Below, piece after piece: positions 56,809 through 64,000 of a stretch of 64,000 bases of DNA; within the stretch, counting starts at the first letter, position 1; each line of letters starts with the position of its first letter. This stretch comes from Bugula neritina. Taxonomy: Eukaryota > Animalia > Bryozoa. A program made the translations under genes and the position numbers. The stretch lies in assembly GCA_964035545.1 (NCBI GenBank), contig OZ037766.1, forward strand, positions 1,550,001 to 1,614,000. The letters run 5' to 3'. The notes beneath the pieces were generated by a model. That model worked only from the letters and a program-made list of their open reading frames with translations, had not been told where the DNA came from and made no database searches.

Positions 56809-59325
56809 ATGAGCACCGGAACCGTGACCACCGCCACAACTACAGTCACCACTAGTGTTAGTACTATTACGACACCAGGTAGTGCCACAAATGTAGCCAC
56901 GGGCTTAGACACTCCTACTCTCTCACAAGATTCGACAAGAGAAGGAGCTCACGCATTGGTTGAGTTGTCCGAAAGACGACTCCCGATGAACCCGCATGAA
57001 ATTGCAAGATTCTACGAGTTAGAATACAAGAAACTTGTAGAGGAGCAGGAAAAGCAAAAGGATGTATGGAGATATGAGCAAGAGCAATGGCGACAGTATC
57101 AACAAACGAAAGAGCATGAACTGGCGGAACAGTTTCAGCGCCTCGAGGTAGAAAGACAAGAGCAAGCAAGGAGACGGTTCGAGATAGAGGAAAGTTTTGA
57201 AATCCAACGGAGAAAGTTCTATGAGGAACAGAGCGCTGTCCAAGAACAACAGCAAAATGAGTTTCTGGAAAGAGAGCATCGGCTCACAATCCAGCAACAA
57301 AAGTTACAACAACAACTTGAAGATTTTCGGAATCTCACCTTGGGTCAAAGATCTACCAATGATGCAAATGTCATGCCGGAACCAACTCCGCCACCTCGAA
57401 CTCGCCTACCTCCACCAGTTACGCCACGGAAAACAAGTAGAAGGCAACTTCACGAACAACCAGCACCTACACCTACAAATACTACCTTGGAATTCACATC
57501 AAGTTATCCCCACATTGCTAATCAACAATCACCAAAACCTCATAACTCACCAATCCAAAGCTTAGCTGAAACACCATCTGAACACAGCATTGGAGTAGCT
57601 GATGCGAGAAAATTTCACAACTCACCTATTATTCTGAGAGAGCCTCCACAGAACATCAAATTTAAAGGAACTCCTGGTTCCAGCTGGGAGTTATTTCTTG
57701 AAAAATGGGAAAAGAACATAAAAAAACTGCAGCTTAGTGATTATCAGATGGCACAAAACCTTTCAGATGCCCTGGAAGGTGGTGCCTATCAGGTTTTCAA
57801 GGCAGTAGTTGCAAAGGAGCCCACGCTAGCGATTAGTTACAAGAGTCTTCGAGAGAGGTTGTGCAAAGAGTTTGTCGACTCAAGCAAATTAGTGTGGAAC
57901 ATAAAGATGGGGAAGAAAAGCGTACTAGAATATTATGGCGAATTTATGGAAGCTGCCAACACCCAATGGCCTGACCTATCCCTTGAACATAAAGATAGCG
58001 TGCTAGTATCTGCTTTTATTACTGGTCTACGACCAGGATTGAAGAGGCACCTCCTCTCTAAAAACCCCACAACTGTAGAAAGTGCTAGGAAACTTGCACT
58101 TAAGCAAGAAAATGTAGAACATCAGATGGGAGATGACACCCAGAAAATAGTGGCAACAGTAAACTCATCTGACTCAGTTCAAAAGCTAGAAAAAGAGGTA
58201 GAATGGTTGAAAACTTTAGTGCACAACCAAGCTAAAGAGCAACGGCAGCCCCAATACCAACAGCACCAACAACAGAGTCAAGGGTTTGGAATGAGAAATG
58301 ACAGAGGTAGAGGTGGTGGATGGAGAGGAACAACAAACCGAGGAAGAGGACGAGGTAGATACTTCAACCAGGGGAAGCCTCAACCCTACTACCAATCTTC
58401 TCCCCGGTACCCTCACCCACCAGCACAACTTCCTTCCTGCCCACCTCAACCACCCTCTCACCAGCAACCACAACGTAATCAGTGCTCTGGTCAACAGAGC
58501 AAAACCAAAGATTACAGTGGGACGCGACACATCAATGCTATTGAGAGCCTGGAGGGTGATGAATTTGCTGAGGCCCTTCTGACTCAGCCTCCTCAAGATG
58601 ACATAGCTGAGGAATCAGTGAATTCAATTCAAACCTCTCCAAATGAATTCATCTCTGACAGGAAACCCAAAAGAAAAAGAAGCAGAGGACGGGGGACTGG
58701 TTTGTCAACAATGCAAACCTACATGTTGGCACTAGTGGCAATGTGTATGCTGATCAGTGTAGCCGCAGCCACTGCACCAGTAAAAGGCACAGCTCTCCTG
58801 GGGCCAGCGTTGGCCAGTCAGACTCTCACCAGCATACTATCTGTGTTAGTGTTGACAGCAGTAGTGAATGCATTGTCTAACACGACTGTTTTTAACACTA
58901 CACAGAAGGCACAGCCGCAGTATGCCAGGTATCCTTTGGTGTGTAGTTCCAGTGAAGTGAGGCGACCATCTATTCATCAATTGAATCATGACTTCCAATG
59001 TGATCCGACTCCAAGACCCAATAGTACTCATGCGCCAACCCCTGTGAAGGCTACGGTTTACAGAAAAAATGTAGTGGAATGGCGTACAGCAGCCTATCAA
59101 TGCACTAAAATGCTGTACACCATCTCCACACAAATATCACTTTTTACGGACGTGAAAACTAAGAAGGAATCTCACCGGTCACTGCCAGTTAGCCGCAGCG
59201 AATGCGAAAATATGGTACTAGAGAAGAGATGCAATGAAGGTGCCCTATCTGGAAGTGATGGTGCATACACTACAAAAAAACAAAGCTGCAGGATTAGCTT
59301 ATGTTTGGTGCTGCAAGTGGCATGA
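56809..59325 (+). CDS. gag: Gag (coiled coil, Ty3/Gypsy-type capsid, RG-rich nucleocapsid-like region) fused in frame to hydrophobic signal/TM segments and the N-terminal part of the envelope glycoprotein
   Basis: Capsid ~57661-58110: FKG...WELFLEKWE...LEGGAYQVF...YKSLRERLCKEF...SVLEYYGEF...FITGLRPGLK...NPTTVESARKLA. Then RGRGGGWRG...RGRGRGR, basic RKPKRKRSRGR, hydrophobic MLALVAMCMLISVAAA and LTSILSVLVLTAVVNA, and a Cys-rich sequence with N-x-T sequons. Confidence 0.88.
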   Translation: MSTGTVTTATTTVTTSVSTITTPGSATNVATGLDTPTLSQDSTREGAHALVELSERRLPMNPHEIARFYELEYKKLVEEQEKQKDVWRYEQEQWRQYQQTKEHELAEQFQRLEVERQEQARRRFEIEESFEIQRRKFYEEQSAVQEQQQNEFLEREHRLTIQQQKLQQQLEDFRNLTLGQRSTNDANVMPEPTPPPRTRLPPPVTPRKTSRRQLHEQPAPTPTNTTLEFTSSYPHIANQQSPKPHNSPIQSLAETPSEHSIGVADARKFHNSPIILREPPQNIKFKGTPGSSWELFLEKWEKNIKKLQLSDYQMAQNLSDALEGGAYQVFKAVVAKEPTLAISYKSLRERLCKEFVDSSKLVWNIKMGKKSVLEYYGEFMEAANTQWPDLSLEHKDSVLVSAFITGLRPGLKRHLLSKNPTTVESARKLALKQENVEHQMGDDTQKIVATVNSSDSVQKLEKEVEWLKTLVHNQAKEQRQPQYQQHQQQSQGFGMRNDRGRGGGWRGTTNRGRGRGRYFNQGKPQPYYQSSPRYPHPPAQLPSCPPQPPSHQQPQRNQCSGQQSKTKDYSGTRHINAIESLEGDEFAEALLTQPPQDDIAEESVNSIQTSPNEFISDRKPKRKRSRGRGTGLSTMQTYMLALVAMCMLISVAAATAPVKGTALLGPALASQTLTSILSVLVLTAVVNALSNTTVFNTTQKAQPQYARYPLVCSSSEVRRPSIHQLNHDFQCDPTPRPNSTHAPTPVKATVYRKNVVEWRTAAYQCTKMLYTISTQISLFTDVKTKKESHRSLPVSRSECENMVLEKRCNEGALSGSDGAYTTKKQSCRISLCLVLQVA

Positions 59326-60823
59326 CTTTGAAGTGAAACAATGCAGTTATATTTCGGCTTCGGTATACAAGACATTTGGGAAAAGTTCTTTTGAAAGCAC
59401 CGCAGGTGACGTTTCCCATTGCAACTCATACTCTGATGGCTACTGCAAACTCAGAGATCAATCTATGCTGATATGGGAAACAGAACGAGAAGCTAATTGT
59501 CCATACGAGGAGTGGTATGAAGTTGAAGGAAGTTTCCTTGATGGCTATTTTGTTAGTGATCAAGAAGACTTGGCTTTAACTTTCCGCAAGAACCCCTTTG
59601 AGAATATTACCACTTGTGACGGCAAGTCAGGCACAATGTCGGACCAAGGTTTGCTTGTTGTTTTTAATACTTCAGACCTGTTCAACACCACTCTAACGCA
59701 ACACGTTGAAAAGGCTCCTGGACTAGAATGGGACCGCAGGAGTCGTTTGAGTCCAGCATATGCTGTCATGGACGCTATAGCTCAGTCCCTAGAAGTACAG
59801 ATTCTCGGAATCGAATCAAAACTGTATTGGACATCTTATCAATATACCTGTAAAAACATAGTTCAAGTCCTCAAAACCGTAGCTCTACTCGCAGAGCAAC
59901 ATGCGACGAGTACAGCCAGATACTTACTAGGGGTAAGCAATATCCGAGCTGAGTCTGGTCCTGGTTTTCTAAAGATTTACCCATGTACGGAAATAAAAAG
60001 CTACAAAATGCTCCCTATGCCAGAGAATAATTGCACCATGTTTATTCCAGTGGAATTGGAACTCAGTGGGGAAACGCACACTGGTTTCATGGATCCGATG
60101 GATAACATTATTCACACACAAAGTGCACAAGCACCGTGCACATCCAAATCAGCAATTGCATTCCGGATGAACGATGAATTGTTTTGGTATAACCAAGATG
60201 GTACCGTAGAAAAGGTTAATCTTGGAGAAGACCTGAGTTTACCTGGAATTTCTCTAGGTGCACACCCTCTTAAAATCCATGAAACAATCTACAGCCGTGC
60301 CCATCACTTAAGTTGGCCTGACCTGTCAGCACACTCTGACTTGAATGAATTGCTAGCTACTTTGTCAAGACAGAAACAAGTTTTAGAAGCAATGGGAATT
60401 CAATCCAACAGACATGTTTCCTTTAAAAACAATGTCATTGAGTCGAAAGAAAACTTGATAGGGAACTCTTGGTTTGCTTTCCTGTTTGGAGGGCATGTGG
60501 CGAGTGCATTCGAATTGTGGACTTTGATATCCAACTGTTTAGTCACCATATTGTCAATTGCATTGCTAGGTAATTTCCTATATAATCGTTGTTGCCAGCG
60601 AAGGAGAAATATTGTAGCAGCTATCGACATTGAGGACACAGAGAACACATCTGACAATGATGTTGAGGCAGGAGAACAGGATGGGTTCCTGGACGCTTCC
60701 GATCAGACTAGCTTCACAGAATTCGTAGATATGGTAGAGGTGGACACTAGACCAACCCCTAGTGCTCCTTCGCCTGCATCTTCAATTCAGCAATATCGCC
60801 CCCTCTATCCGAAACTGCAATGA
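59234..60823 (+). CDS. env: Remainder of the envelope glycoprotein (class III fusion protein, herpes gB/chuvirus G-like), continuing ORF1 across a +1 break at the A7 run 59274-59280
   Basis: C-x2-Y-x2-G-x-C...IW...CPY module; RRSR furin-type site (59735-59746); long helix followed by ATSTARYLLG...AESGPGFLKIYPC and C-x3-P...TGFMDPMDNII...PC, which parallels the gB domain III/IV pattern; C-terminal TM ~60512-60583 followed by CCQRRR. Confidence 0.8.
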   Translation: MKVPYLEVMVHTLQKNKAAGLAYVWCCKWHDFEVKQCSYISASVYKTFGKSSFESTAGDVSHCNSYSDGYCKLRDQSMLIWETEREANCPYEEWYEVEGSFLDGYFVSDQEDLALTFRKNPFENITTCDGKSGTMSDQGLLVVFNTSDLFNTTLTQHVEKAPGLEWDRRSRLSPAYAVMDAIAQSLEVQILGIESKLYWTSYQYTCKNIVQVLKTVALLAEQHATSTARYLLGVSNIRAESGPGFLKIYPCTEIKSYKMLPMPENNCTMFIPVELELSGETHTGFMDPMDNIIHTQSAQAPCTSKSAIAFRMNDELFWYNQDGTVEKVNLGEDLSLPGISLGAHPLKIHETIYSRAHHLSWPDLSAHSDLNELLATLSRQKQVLEAMGIQSNRHVSFKNNVIESKENLIGNSWFAFLFGGHVASAFELWTLISNCLVTILSIALLGNFLYNRCCQRRRNIVAAIDIEDTENTSDNDVEAGEQDGFLDASDQTSFTEFVDMVEVDTRPTPSAPSPASSIQQYRPLYPKLQ

Positions 60824-61330
60824 CTAGAAGCCGACACACCCAGTACTAGTAGCCGCATTGAAATAGTAGCAGGAATAAATGGTAGTCAATGTAGGAGTGC
60901 ATTAATTGATATCAAAATAGCAGGAAAACCGTATCAAGCATTAGCTGATGCCGGGGCTACGGTGACACTGATGCGCTCTGACATTGCTAAAAGATTGAGT
61001 CTACCATTATATTCAGGTACCTTGACTGCAAAAGGGGTTAACAGCTCTAAGCTTCATATAATAGGACGCACGGCCGCTGAGATTACAATTGGATCAAAAA
61101 TGTTTAAGCAGTGTTTTCATGTAGCTGATGATATTGGCCATGAGGTACTGCTTGGAACTGATTTTCTTAGCAAGCTGGGTGATGTCACCTACAATTTTGC
61201 AAAAGGAGAGTTTCGTTTCTCTGGCGAAACTCTACCCATGGGAGAAACCAACGCACTAACTACTTTTAAAATAAGAACTGTGAATGCAGCCATACCACCA
61301 TATTCTCACCCGATTCATTACTTTACATAA
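60824..61330 (+). CDS. pro: Retroviral-type aspartic protease (retropepsin), in frame with env behind a single UGA
   Basis: Open from 60824 with no ATG upstream of the active site: ...ALIDIKIAGKPYQALADAGATVTLM...AKGVN...IIG...FHV...VLLGTDFL. Confidence 0.85.
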   Translation, partial: LEADTPSTSSRIEIVAGINGSQCRSALIDIKIAGKPYQALADAGATVTLMRSDIAKRLSLPLYSGTLTAKGVNSSKLHIIGRTAAEITIGSKMFKQCFHVADDIGHEVLLGTDFLSKLGDVTYNFAKGEFRFSGETLPMGETNALTTFKIRTVNAAIPPYSHPIHYFT

Positions 61331-62027
61331 TCATGCAGATATACCAGATATACTAATATTTACTGCCATATTAATAATCAAGTTTTTCAACGGAACACAG
61401 GAGTTTTCCTGTTGTACACAGGGGGAGTACTTTAACATTTTTTCAGCATTACAGGTTAACATCTTCTACAGTTTTGGCTTCTTATAAAACAAACTTACTA
61501 AAAATTTCAGAAATCAAATTGACTTTTGATTAAAATAAAATTAAGTAAGCTCTGTATTGGGAAAATTGAATCAAATCAAACGGAATTTTTAAATATTCAA
61601 AGTTGGATAAAATGCGGAGTCGATTGTTATCACCACCTCCTGTGACTTATGTTTATAATATTCATAATTAGTGTATTTTTAGTAAATGTTTACTTATAGC
61701 TAAAGTCTTGTTTTTTTATTTTATCAACAGATAAAGTTCATCAAAAAAAAAATAATGAAAATATGGTTACAAAAAAAGGGAACAATGTAAGAAATGAGTG
61801 AAAAAAAAAAAAGATTATGTGACCAGAAATAAAAAAAAAAATACTCACTCTAATCGATGAACTCACTAGTACTAATAGAATACATATATACAACAGCTAG
61901 TATATATAATTTTCAAATTTTACTCATTTTATTGTGAAAGATTTTTCTTCCTTTTTTATTTCGGAGTAGTAATGCTTAATTGTTTATGCTTTCAACAAGC
62001 ATAAGCCACCGGAGGTGTCTTTCTCTA

Positions 62028-62039
62028 AATTGGGGAGGA
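62028..62039 (+). promoter_or_regulatory. Polypurine tract
   Basis: aattggggagga abuts the TG of the 3' LTR. Confidence 0.75.
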
Positions 62040-62726
62040 TGCTATAGATGTATTCAAGTATTATTTCATACTTGACATTTTGTATGCTATACCACTACAA
62101 TATAATATACTACAGATATAGCATCCTGCTTCCCTGCAACCTTAGTTAGAGCTTAATATTGTTTTGTATTGAATACTTCCATGTATTCTATCTTTTCCCC
62201 ATTTATAATATATCTTTTCTTCCATACATAGTGTATGCCTACTATATAGAATAGCAGTAACATTAAATAGACACACACTTACAAGGTTATACACCATGAT
62301 ACAGGACATACAACTAATTATTGGAGATGGTACAACATTAGCCCTAAAAGTATACTTCCACATATATGATGTTTCGCAACAGGACTTCTAGCCTAAGGAT
62401 TATAGCACTTCGCTCTTTAGCTATAAGATACTTATCACTTTCGTACCCTTACCTTTTATGTTGAGTGACGGAGCTCTGGCTACAAGAAGTAAGCAGTGAG
62501 AGAACCTTCTATCTAAACGTGGCAGCTTTGGTACAGGATTCCAGATCTCTTGTACACTAGAGTCCGTCGTAAGCAGATGTGACTGAAGAGAAGAATAATA
62601 CCGGTAAGTGTGATACCAACTATCAACGCGTTATAGTTATACACATGTAGAATATTCTAATTGTATGCATACCCTGTGTTATATTAGGTACTTAGTAGTT
62701 GAAAACCCCCAGTACTCAATATAACA
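62040..62726 (+). repeat. 3' LTR (687 bp)
   Basis: Direct repeat of 55004-55690. Confidence 0.97.
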
Positions 62727-62729
62727 ATG

Positions 62730-63921
<1,192 letters not shown>

Positions 63922-64000
63922 GCCAAATATTTACTACAAAATTCAAAAATAGCATAAATTAAGTAGTATTAACGTGCCTATTTGCATCCAATTAACTAGT

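Larger units (their letters stand above)
55004..62726 (+). mobile_element. Envelope-bearing Ty3/Gypsy-like LTR element with gag-env-pro order and no recognisable RT/RNase H/integrase
   Basis: 687-bp LTRs 55004-55690 and 62040-62726 (TGCTATA...TATAACA), identical by eye; 4-bp TSD ATGT (55000-55003 and 62727-62730); PBS after the 5' LTR; PPT before the 3' LTR; gag, glycoprotein and protease coding regions. Confidence 0.95.

Noticed and set aside
59274-59281. A AAA AAC resembles a canonical -1 ribosomal frameshift heptamer
   Set aside because: The heptamer is phased to the downstream frame, and joining the ORFs needs +1, not -1.

Overview
AT-rich, intron-rich animal genomic DNA (invertebrate-like; species not determinable from the sequence). 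Host genes: the 3' end of an RGG/WxHD RNA-binding protein (+, to 808); an uncharacterised Ser-rich multi-exon gene (+, ~3.1-7.5 kb); a C2orf50/CIMIP5-like ciliary gene (+, 9712-10878); a small type I membrane protein with a Tyr-motif tail (-, 12396-15597); a DCDC2-like double-doublecortin gene with a 24x 11-aa repeat (+, 22170-~31 kb); and a class II PI3-kinase (-, 32449-52941) whose introns are packed with minisatellites. There are two complete LTR elements whose paired LTRs look identical by eye. One is a non-autonomous Copia derivative (16391-19514, 5-bp TSD). The other is the most striking feature: a 7.7-kb Gypsy-like element (55004-62726, 4-bp TSD) with the order Gag -> internal signal/TM segments -> herpesvirus-gB-like class III fusion glycoprotein -> TM and cytoplasmic tail carrying PSAP and LYPxL late domains -> UGA-CUAG readthrough codon -> aspartic protease, with no recognisable RT, RNase H or integrase. 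The envelope gene therefore sits inside the Gag-Pro reading frame rather than after pol; one +1 break in an A7 run interrupts it. This element is nested in an inverted-repeat element with a (TA)n core. All homology calls come from motif recognition by eye, not database searches.
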